Below, piece after piece: positions 10,195 to 17,908 of a stretch of DNA of 64,000 bases. The first letter of the stretch is position 1. Every line of letters starts with the position of its first letter. Below the pieces are notes generated by a model, which had not been told where the DNA came from, did no database searches, and saw only the letters and a list, made by a program, of their open reading frames with translations. This stretch comes from an uncultured bacterium (lineage in GTDB: Bacteria; Joyebacterota; Joyebacteria; Joyebacterales; Joyebacteraceae), in the NCBI GenBank assembly GCA_964487295.1, contig CAZAQL010000001.1:13091-77090 (forward strand), in the 5' to 3' direction. The position numbers were made by a program, and so were the translations under genes.

Positions 10195-11655
10195 ATGCCG
10201 CCAGAGATGAAGCGAGGAGGCAGGCTCGTCGTGATCGGCGGCGACGCCGCGGGGATGAGCGCCGCGAGCCGGGCCAGGAGGCTTCGCCCGGACGTGGAGA
10301 TCGTCGTGCTTGAGCGAGGAGAGATCGTCTCCTACGGCGCCTGTTCGCTGCCGTACTACGTCGCCGGACTGGTGCCGTCCCGCGACGACCTCATCGTTCA
10401 TGATCCCGACTTCTTCCGTCGCGAACGGCATATCGACGTCCGCACCGGGGCCGATGTCGTGGCCGTGCATCCGCGGGAACGGACCGTCCTGTGCAGTACC
10501 GCTCTCGGCGAGGAGTCGTTGACCTACGACGCTCTCGTCATCGCAACAGGCGCGAAGCCCGTGAGGCCGCGGCTCCCGGGCGTCGACCTGCCGGGCGTCT
10601 TCACGCTCAGGTCCGTTCCCGACGGCGACGCCATTCGAGAGCGGCTGCGCTCTCTCGGGGCCCCCGAGCCCTCAGTCACGGGGAGCATCGACGGCACGCT
10701 CGAGGATCCTCCGGCAACGTCGCCTCCTCACGGGACGATCCGCGCGACGGTCGTCGGCGGCGGGTACATCGGACTGGAGATGGCCGAGGCTCTCGTCGCT
10801 CGGGGCGCGCGCGTGACGGTCATCGAACTCCTTCCGCGCGTTCTGTCGACATACGATCCCGACATGAGCGACCTTGTTCTCCGGGAGCTTCTGGACCGAC
10901 AGGTGATCGTACGGACCGGAACGGGCGTCGAGGCGTTCGAGGCCGGCGAGGACGGGAGCGTCGGCTTCGTGCTCGCCGGCGGTCAGAGGCTCGCCACGGA
11001 CATCGCTGTACTCGCCGTCGGCGTGAGGCCGCGCGTCGAGCTGGCCCGCGACGCCGGGATCGAGCTCGGCCGAACGGGCGCGATCGCCGTCGACCCGCGA
11101 CAGGTCACGAGCGAGCCCGCGGTGCTCGCCGCGGGCGACTGCGCCGAGTCGCCTCACATCGTGACGGGCAGATCGGCGTGGATCCCGCTGGGCACGACGG
11201 CGAACAAGCAGGGGCGGCTCGCGGGTGAGAACGCTGTCGGTGGCGATGCGCGTTTCGGAGGCGTCGCCGGGACCAACGTGACGAAGATCTTCGGCCTCGA
11301 GGCGGCGCAGACAGGGCTCTCGACCGAGGCCGCCGAGAACGAGGGCATGGAGCCCGACTCCGTCCGCATCACGGGGGCGACGCGCTCGCATGCGTATCCC
11401 GGCGGCGGCAGGATCACGGTCAAGCTCATCTTCGAGCGCGGCTCCGGCCGGCTGCTCGGAGCGCAGCTCGTCGGGGCGGAGGGCGTCGCCAAGCGCGTGG
11501 ACATCCTCGCGGCGGCGCTCGCCGCGGGCATGCGCGTCCACGACGTCGCGGCGCTCGATCTGAGCTACGCGCCCCCGTTCGCTCCGGTGTGGGATCCCGT
11601 CCTGATCGCGGCGAACCAGGCAGTGAAGAAACACGCGTCGGGACGCGACGAGTAG
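10195..11655 (+). CDS. CoA-disulfide reductase / NADH oxidase family flavoprotein (single redox-active Cys)
   Basis: VIGGDAAG FAD fold. Active-site SYGACSLPYY. Second dinucleotide fold VVGGGYIGLEMAEAL. AGGAGG lies 5 nt before ATG 10195. There is a ~30-aa insert (APEPSVTGSIDGTLEDPPATSPPHGTI). Confidence 0.8.
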   Translation: MPPEMKRGGRLVVIGGDAAGMSAASRARRLRPDVEIVVLERGEIVSYGACSLPYYVAGLVPSRDDLIVHDPDFFRRERHIDVRTGADVVAVHPRERTVLCSTALGEESLTYDALVIATGAKPVRPRLPGVDLPGVFTLRSVPDGDAIRERLRSLGAPEPSVTGSIDGTLEDPPATSPPHGTIRATVVGGGYIGLEMAEALVARGARVTVIELLPRVLSTYDPDMSDLVLRELLDRQVIVRTGTGVEAFEAGEDGSVGFVLAGGQRLATDIAVLAVGVRPRVELARDAGIELGRTGAIAVDPRQVTSEPAVLAAGDCAESPHIVTGRSAWIPLGTTANKQGRLAGENAVGGDARFGGVAGTNVTKIFGLEAAQTGLSTEAAENEGMEPDSVRITGATRSHAYPGGGRITVKLIFERGSGRLLGAQLVGAEGVAKRVDILAAALAAGMRVHDVAALDLSYAPPFAPVWDPVLIAANQAVKKHASGRDE

Positions 11656-11723
11656 ACAGGCCCGCGCGGTCCGGGTCGTCCGTGCCGCGCGACAACAGGC
11701 CGTTCGGAGGCAGGTGGGTCTTC

Positions 11724-13526
11724 ATGAGCAACGGGTCGGAAGCAGACTCGGGCCGCCCGGCGGGCGACCCCGTGAACAGCGGTCGGGAGGACGGGACCGA
11801 CGCCAGGGAGGCGGGCTCCACCATCCGGGGCATTCCGGTGTCGCCGGGCGTCGTTCATGGCCCGGTGATGCTGTTCGGCGACATTCTCGACGAGGTCGAG
11901 ACTCGCGTCATCCAACCGTCGGAGGTCGACGCTGAGATCGAGCGGCTCCGCGAGGCCATCAGGCTCGTGAAGGAGGAGCTGGCGCGGGACGCCGAACGCA
12001 TCTCCGGTCAGCTCGGCCAGAGCGAGGCCGACATCTTCCTCGTTCACACGATGATCCTTGAGGACAAGAAGCTCGTCGAGGAGATCGAGGAGCGCATTCG
12101 CACCGAGCTCATCAACGCCGATGCCGTCGTCGCCCAGGAGATGAAGCGGGTCAGTGGCGTGCTCCGCGCGTCGGATGATGCCTATCTCATGGACCGTTCG
12201 TACGATGTCACCGACATCGGGAAGCGCGTGATCGAGCGCATGCTCGGGGTCTGGGCGCACTGTCCCCTGACTCACCCGATGATCATCGTCGCGCGCGAGC
12301 TTCGGGCGTCGGACACGGTGTCGATGGACCGCGGGAGAGTCCTCGGCTTCGTCACCGAGATGGGCGGCCGGCAGGCGCACGCGGCGATCCTGGCGCGCTC
12401 GCTGGGCGTGCCGGCGATCGTGGGGGCGCACGGGATCGTGGACCGGGTACGCTCCGGCGACACGCTCGCCGTCGACGGCTCGACGGGCGAGGTCCTGATC
12501 AACCCGTCGACCGACGTCCTCGCCCGGTACATGCAGAAGCAGGAGCAGGAGGCACTCGACTGGGCCGCGCTGGCGCCGTATCGCGAGGCGGTAACGCGGA
12601 CGGCCGATGGGACCCGCATCGAGCTCATGGCCAACATCAGCACGCCGGAGGAGTCGGTGGCGGCCACCGCTCTCGCCGTCGACGGTGTCGGACTGTTCCG
12701 GACCGAGATCCCGTTCATCGAGGCCGGTTTCTATCTGAGTGAGGACGCGCAGTACGCGGTCTACCGGAAGGCCGTCGAGGGCGTGGGCCGGGGCCCCCTG
12801 ACGATCCGGACGCTCGATGTGGGCGGCGACAAGTTCATAGGTCGCGAGAATCCTCTCGCGGAGCACAATCCGCACCTGGGGTACCGGTCGATCCGCGTGT
12901 CGCTCGACCACCCCGACGTCTTCCTCGAGCAGCTGCGCGCGATCCTGCGGGCCGGCGCGCATGGCGAGGTCAGACTGCTTCTTCCCATGGTGTCGGGAAT
13001 GGGGGAACTCCGCGCGGCACGGGATTTGCTCGATCAGGCGCGGGCATCGCTCGCGAAGGACGGAGTGCCGCACGCTCCGAACGTGCCGGTCGGGGTGATG
13101 ATCGAGATCCCCTCGGCCGTGATGGTCGCCGACCGGCTCGCGGCCGAGAGCGACTTCCTGAGCATCGGAACGAACGACCTGGTTCAGTACGCGCTGGCCG
13201 TCGATCGAGGGAACACGTACGTCGACCATCTCTATCGGCCGTACGACCCCGCCGTGCTCGCGCTCATCGACCGGACCGTGCGCGCGGCGCGGGACGCCGG
13301 CAAGCCGGTCGCGGTCTGCGGGGAGATGGCCGGCGTGACCGAGTACATCCCCCTGCTGCTCGGCCTCGGGGTGCGCGAGTTCTCGGTCGCCATGAGCAGG
13401 ATCCTCTTCGCGAGACGCGCGATCGCTCTGACCGACCTTGCCGAGGCTGAAGCCCTCGCCGCCCGGGCGCTCGGCGCCTCGACGGCGGCCGAGGTCGCCC
13501 TGGAACTCGGCATCAAGGGAGCATGA
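11724..13526 (+). CDS. ptsI: phosphoenolpyruvate-protein phosphotransferase (PTS enzyme I)
   Basis: Phosphohistidine region GGRQAHAAILARSLGVPAIVG. PEP-utilizing TIM barrel (IRTLDVGGDKF, SIGTNDLVQYALAVDR, CGEMAG). ~40-aa disordered N-terminal extension. GGAGG upstream of ATG 11724. Confidence 0.8.
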   Translation: MSNGSEADSGRPAGDPVNSGREDGTDAREAGSTIRGIPVSPGVVHGPVMLFGDILDEVETRVIQPSEVDAEIERLREAIRLVKEELARDAERISGQLGQSEADIFLVHTMILEDKKLVEEIEERIRTELINADAVVAQEMKRVSGVLRASDDAYLMDRSYDVTDIGKRVIERMLGVWAHCPLTHPMIIVARELRASDTVSMDRGRVLGFVTEMGGRQAHAAILARSLGVPAIVGAHGIVDRVRSGDTLAVDGSTGEVLINPSTDVLARYMQKQEQEALDWAALAPYREAVTRTADGTRIELMANISTPEESVAATALAVDGVGLFRTEIPFIEAGFYLSEDAQYAVYRKAVEGVGRGPLTIRTLDVGGDKFIGRENPLAEHNPHLGYRSIRVSLDHPDVFLEQLRAILRAGAHGEVRLLLPMVSGMGELRAARDLLDQARASLAKDGVPHAPNVPVGVMIEIPSAVMVADRLAAESDFLSIGTNDLVQYALAVDRGNTYVDHLYRPYDPAVLALIDRTVRAARDAGKPVAVCGEMAGVTEYIPLLLGLGVREFSVAMSRILFARRAIALTDLAEAEALAARALGASTAAEVALELGIKGA

Positions 13527-15921
13527 ACTGAACTACCGGATTCGTACAGACACCCTTCGGACAGCGCTTGTCGCGACCGTCGCGCTGGTCCTGGCGCTCG
13601 GGGCGTCCGAGGCGGACGCACGCTGGCGTGCGACCGCCGACTCCCTCTACGCGGTGGCCGAGCTCCATTACCAGGGGTCTGACTTCGTCACCGCGGCGCG
13701 TCTCTATGGAGACATCACGGTCCTCCTCGACGAGCAGGAGGAGGCCGGGCTCGGATCGTACTTCGAGAAGCTCGGCGCCCGGGCCGCCTTCCTCAAGGCG
13801 CGGGCGTTCGAACGGGCGGGAGACTGGGAGCAGGCGGAGAAGGCATACGCCTCGGCGCTCCCCCTGATGCGGCCCATCGGCGACGCCGTCAACTTCCGCA
13901 TGGCCGTCTGCCGGCTCGAGCAGGACGACCTCGAGGGCGCGACATCGCTCCTGCGCGCGATCGTCGAGGACGGCGAGGAGACCTCGTTCGACGAACGGGC
14001 GGTCGAGGCGCTCGGCGACGCGCACCGCCGCTTCTCGGAGTGGGACCTGGCCATCCAGTGGTATCGCCTGCTGCTGGCAAGGGCGCCATCCTACGACGAG
14101 CAGGCGCGAATCCACACCAGCATCGGGATGACGCACGAGGCTCGCGGCGACCGCGAGACCGCGATGCGCAGCTACGCCAGGGTCGTTGACGAGTTCCCCC
14201 GCTCGCGGCACGCGCACGATGCGATGAAGGAGGCCAGGAAGCTCTCTCGCTCATTCACCGATCGCTACCACCAGGGTCTTGTCCTCTACAACCGGAGGCT
14301 CTACGCCGACGCCGCCGAGTTCTTCGAGCACTACATCAGAAACGACGACGATGCGACATGGCGGCTCGAGGCTACCTACTACCTCGGACGCGCGAACCAG
14401 CGGCTCGGACGATACGATGCCGCCGCGAAGCACTACGCGGCCGCGATCGCTATCGGCGAGGGCGACGGGGGCGGAGACGGTACGGCGACGCCCGACAGCG
14501 AGGAGTACCATCTCGCCTGGCAGCGCCTCGCCTACGCGCGGCGCGTGCTGGGAGACGCCCAGGCCTGCCTGTGCACGTACGACGACTACGTGGCGAGGCA
14601 CCCGTCCGCCGACCACGCCGCAGACGTGCTCTGGGAGAAGGCGCGCTTCCTCGAGGACGAGAAGCGATGGGACGAGGCCGCGGAGGTCTTCGCCCTGCTC
14701 GCGGAGCGCTATCCGCATACGGAGAGGGCCGGTGACGCGCGATTCCGACGTGGGCTCGTGCTCTACAAGAACGGCGACCGCGAGGCCGCCGAGGCGGCGT
14801 TCACGCGCGACGCGTCCGTCGCGCGCGGGGAGGACCTCGCCCGCGCCGCCTACTGGCTCGGGAAGACCCGCGAGGCGCTCGGCCATCGGCGCCAGCCGCT
14901 CGTCGACTACCGGCGGGCCCGCGAGAGCGCGCCGGACTCGTACTACGGAAGACGGGCGTCGGAGAGCCTCGTGCGACTCGGGGTCGTGGATCCGGCGCCG
15001 GAGCGGGACCCTTCCACGGCCGCGCTCCGCAGGGCGCGCGTTCGCCCGGCCTGGGCGAACGGACCGGGCCGTGACTACGGCGCGTGGCTCGCCACGTGGG
15101 CCGAGCGCACCTACGTCCCGATCGAGTACATCGCCGTCCGGGAGCGGCTCATGGCGGACCGGTGGTTCGTCAGGGCCGACCATCTGCGCGCCGTCCACAT
15201 GGACGAGAACGCGGAGGAGGAGTTCTCACGGCTGGAAGAGAGCACGGCGTCGGATCCCACGATGCTCTCCATGCTCGTGGACTACTACGAGCGTTCGGGG
15301 CTCAACCGCCGCGGCATCCGCCTCGCCGAGCGCATCCTGCGCATGTCTCCCGTCGAGAACGCGAGTGAGGCGCCGGTGTATCTCGCCGAGCGCATCTTCC
15401 CACGGCATTTCGAGGACGTCGTCGAGCCCGAGTGCTTCGAGCGCGGGGTCGACGCGAACCTCTACTACGGGCTGATGCGGCAGGAGAGCGTCTTCGAGTC
15501 CGACGCGGTCTCGTGGGTGGGGGCGCGAGGGCTCTCGCAGATCATGCCCGCGACAGGCCGGTGGATCGCACGTCGTATCGATCACGGGCGGTTCCGGCTG
15601 GATCACCTCATGGACCCCTCGACGAACATCCGCTTCGGCGCGTACTACCTCGCCGAGCAGCTCGCTGAGTTCCAGGGCGATCCCCTCAGGGCACTCGCGG
15701 CCTACAACGGGGGACCGCGCAACGTCCCGCGGTGGTGGGGATACGGTGGGTGCGACGACGTTGACGTGTTCGTGGAGGACATCGGATACGCCGAGACCTC
15801 GGACTACGTGCGTCGCGTCTACGCCTACTGGCGTCTGTACGAGGAGATCTACGGGCGTTCTCCGGCGCCGGCGGCCGCAACCCCGTCATTCCGACCGGCG
15901 TCCGCCGCTTCGTCATCCTGA
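13438..15921 (+). CDS. TPR-repeat protein with C-terminal SLT-family lytic transglycosylase domain (secreted)
   Basis: SLT domain GLMRQESVFESDAVSWVGARGLSQIMPATG..IRFGAYYLAEQL..AYNGGP. Signal-like TALVATVALVLALGASEADA. The only ATG/GTG/TTG upstream of the signal peptide is ATG 13438, which overlaps ptsI by 89 nt, so the start is uncertain. Confidence 0.7.
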   Translation: MPRLKPSPPGRSAPRRRPRSPWNSASREHELNYRIRTDTLRTALVATVALVLALGASEADARWRATADSLYAVAELHYQGSDFVTAARLYGDITVLLDEQEEAGLGSYFEKLGARAAFLKARAFERAGDWEQAEKAYASALPLMRPIGDAVNFRMAVCRLEQDDLEGATSLLRAIVEDGEETSFDERAVEALGDAHRRFSEWDLAIQWYRLLLARAPSYDEQARIHTSIGMTHEARGDRETAMRSYARVVDEFPRSRHAHDAMKEARKLSRSFTDRYHQGLVLYNRRLYADAAEFFEHYIRNDDDATWRLEATYYLGRANQRLGRYDAAAKHYAAAIAIGEGDGGGDGTATPDSEEYHLAWQRLAYARRVLGDAQACLCTYDDYVARHPSADHAADVLWEKARFLEDEKRWDEAAEVFALLAERYPHTERAGDARFRRGLVLYKNGDREAAEAAFTRDASVARGEDLARAAYWLGKTREALGHRRQPLVDYRRARESAPDSYYGRRASESLVRLGVVDPAPERDPSTAALRRARVRPAWANGPGRDYGAWLATWAERTYVPIEYIAVRERLMADRWFVRADHLRAVHMDENAEEEFSRLEESTASDPTMLSMLVDYYERSGLNRRGIRLAERILRMSPVENASEAPVYLAERIFPRHFEDVVEPECFERGVDANLYYGLMRQESVFESDAVSWVGARGLSQIMPATGRWIARRIDHGRFRLDHLMDPSTNIRFGAYYLAEQLAEFQGDPLRALAAYNGGPRNVPRWWGYGGCDDVDVFVEDIGYAETSDYVRRVYAYWRLYEEIYGRSPAPAAATPSFRPASAASSS

Positions 15922-16493
15922 CCGGCGTCCGCTACCCTGTCGTCCTGACCGGCGTCCGCCACCCCATCGTCCTGACCGGCGTCCGCCACCCCATCGTCCT
16001 GACCGGCGTCCGCCGGGGATGTGACCGTTCGATCCGCCCAATCCTCCACTTCGAGGATCACGTCAGCGTCGTTTTTCGTCTGCGTCGCCAGCACGTAGGC
16101 CCAGTTCGCGGCCACCGCGACGAGCACGACGGCCCAGGCGACGAGACGCTCCCGTCGCGAGAGCGTCACGCGCAACACGGCGCCGCGGGCGAGCCTGGCG
16201 ACGCCCAGCACAGCGGCCGCGGGGATCACGACGAGGATGATCAGCGCATCGAGCGGGTTGGTCCTCAGAGCGAGCCCTGGGTGGCCCCTCAGTACGGCGC
16301 CGGTGCCTCGCAGAAATCCACACGTGGGACAGGGAAGACCTGTCAGTCTGCGAAAGAGGCAGATGACGGGACCGTCCCAGTGCGCGGTAGAGAGCGCGGC
16401 GAAGAGCCCGAACGCCAGGATGAGCAGGGCCGCCGCGACCGCGAGTCGGGGTGGCCGCGGTGCGCCGTTAATGCGTTCGAGTCGGATCCTCAC
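15849..16493 (-). CDS. DUF2752-like membrane protein (CPTCG motif) with repetitive acidic C-terminal tail
   Basis: GLPCPTCGFLRGTGAVLRG followed by TM helices. GTG start. The tail ADAGQDDGV x4 is encoded by the 27-bp tandem repeat. The 3' end overlaps the convergent SLT gene by ~70 nt. Confidence 0.6.
   Translation of the reverse strand: MRIRLERINGAPRPPRLAVAAALLILAFGLFAALSTAHWDGPVICLFRRLTGLPCPTCGFLRGTGAVLRGHPGLALRTNPLDALIILVVIPAAAVLGVARLARGAVLRVTLSRRERLVAWAVVLVAVAANWAYVLATQTKNDADVILEVEDWADRTVTSPADAGQDDGVADAGQDDGVADAGQDDRVADAGQDDEAADAGRNDGVAAAGAGERP
15917..16018. repeat. 27-bp tandem repeat x ~4 (CCTGACCGGCGTCCGCCACCCCATCGT)
   Basis: Direct tandem copies seen at 15917-15943, 15944-15970, 15971-15997 and a partial copy at 15998-16018. 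The array spans the stop of the SLT gene. On the minus strand it encodes ADAGQDDGV x4. Confidence 0.85.
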
Positions 16494-16524
16494 GACGAAT
16501 CCTGCCGGCTCACACCTCGCATCC

Positions 16525-16896
16525 CTACCAGCCGGAACCGATGGCGGCCATGATGAAGGCGAAGTACGCGGCGTAGATGATGAGCGCGAGCGCCTGCAGC
16601 GCCGTGCCGACGATGCCGCAGATCATGCCGGCGCGCGTCAGGTCGGTGCCGGCGGGGTCACGGAGCCCCTCCCGCATCTCGCGGAGGTCACCGGAGCCCA
16701 TGACCCAGGCCATGATGCCCAGGATCGCGCCGATGCACGGGATGACGAGCGACAGGATGCCGAGAACGAGAATGACGGCCCCGCGCTGAGGATTCATGGG
16801 AGCGGCTGAGGTCGACACGTTCTGTGTGATGGCCGCCTCCGGGAGGTTGGGATCCCGCGGCGACTGCTCCGGAGTGCGCTGCGAAGACTCCTCCAT
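16525..16896 (-). CDS. DUF4190-like small membrane protein (paralog 2)
   Basis: Two TM helices flank the conserved AWVMGSGDLREMREGLRDPAGTDLTRAGMICGI motif. Q/P-rich N-terminus. ATG with AGGAGA RBS. Confidence 0.7.
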   Translation of the reverse strand: MEESSQRTPEQSPRDPNLPEAAITQNVSTSAAPMNPQRGAVILVLGILSLVIPCIGAILGIMAWVMGSGDLREMREGLRDPAGTDLTRAGMICGIVGTALQALALIIYAAYFAFIMAAIGSGW

Positions 16897-16984
16897 GGTG
16901 TCTCCTGGTCGTGCGGGAGACGCCCCCGCCCCCGACGAGGGAGAGGGGGCGTCCCCGCGGTCCGGCCGTCGTCGACGGCGGTCG

Positions 16985-17326
16985 CTACCAGCCGCCGGAA
17001 GCGGCGCCGATGGCGACGGCGAAGATCCAGATGATGAGCACGAGGACGTTGATCGCCACCGAGATGATCCCGCAGATCATGCCGGCGCGCGTCAGACCCT
17101 CGCCCGCGGGATCTCTGAGTCCCTCGCGCATCTCGCGGAGGTCGCTCGACCCCATTACCCAGGCAATGATGCCCGTGATGACACAGACCACGAGGCCGAT
17201 GATGCCCAGCGCCAGGATGACGCCGCCGCGGTGCGGCTGCATCATCCGGGGCGTTCCACCCACCGGCTGCTGCGCCGCAGGCTGCGCCTGCTGTCCCTGC
17301 GACTCGTACTGCGGGGTCTCCTGCAT
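16985..17326 (-). CDS. DUF4190-like small membrane protein (paralog 1)
   Basis: Motif AWVMGSSDLREMREGLRDPAGEGLTRAGMICGI. ATG at 17326, 2 nt after the iscU stop, with GGAGG upstream. The track ORF extends to a TTG at 17413. Confidence 0.7.
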   Translation of the reverse strand: MQETPQYESQGQQAQPAAQQPVGGTPRMMQPHRGGVILALGIIGLVVCVITGIIAWVMGSSDLREMREGLRDPAGEGLTRAGMICGIISVAINVLVLIIWIFAVAIGAASGGW

Positions 17327-17328
17327 GG

Positions 17329-17724
17329 CTACTCCTCGGATGGGGTGGACCGCTGCTTCTCCATGTAGTCCCTGATCGCCTTGTGGAGCGCGTCGGCTGC
17401 GAGGTTGGAGCAATGCATCTTCTGCGGCGGGAGGCCGTCCAGCTCGCTGGCGACGTTCTCGCGCGTGATCTCGAGCGCCTCCTCGAGCGTCTTTCCCTTC
17501 GCCATCTCGGTGACCATGCTGCTGGTGGCGATGGCCGAGCCGCAGCCGAACGTCTTGAACTTGATGTCGGTGATGACGTTGTCCTCGACCTTGATCTGGA
17601 TCTCCATGAGGTCGCCGCAGACGGGGTTTCCCTCGACCCCGACGCCGTCCGGTGATTCGAGCTCACCCACGTTCCGCGGGTTCCTGAAGTGCTCGAGGAC
17701 CTTCTCGCTGTAGATGGGAGTCAC
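17329..17724 (-). CDS. iscU: Fe-S cluster assembly scaffold IscU/NifU
   Basis: YSEKVLEHFRNPRNVG, GNPVCGD, FGCGSAIATSS and HCSNLAADAL are classic IscU strings. GTG at 17724 with AAAGGAG 9 nt upstream gives 131 aa. The track ORF extends to a TTG at 17787. Confidence 0.8.
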   Translation of the reverse strand: MTPIYSEKVLEHFRNPRNVGELESPDGVGVEGNPVCGDLMEIQIKVEDNVITDIKFKTFGCGSAIATSSMVTEMAKGKTLEEALEITRENVASELDGLPPQKMHCSNLAADALHKAIRDYMEKQRSTPSEE

Positions 17725-17908
17725 GGTGTCTCGCTCCTTTCCGAAGTATGCCCCATCAATGATAGACTCAGCGCGGGGGTCCGTCAAGACGGCGCGTGCC
17801 GGGAAAACCGGAAGCGGCGCCTTGCTGAGTTGAGCTCGGTGGTGCTACCATGACGGCTTCGAGCGCGCCTGAGAGCGCGATGGACGCAAACCCAGCCGAG
17901 GGAATCAC

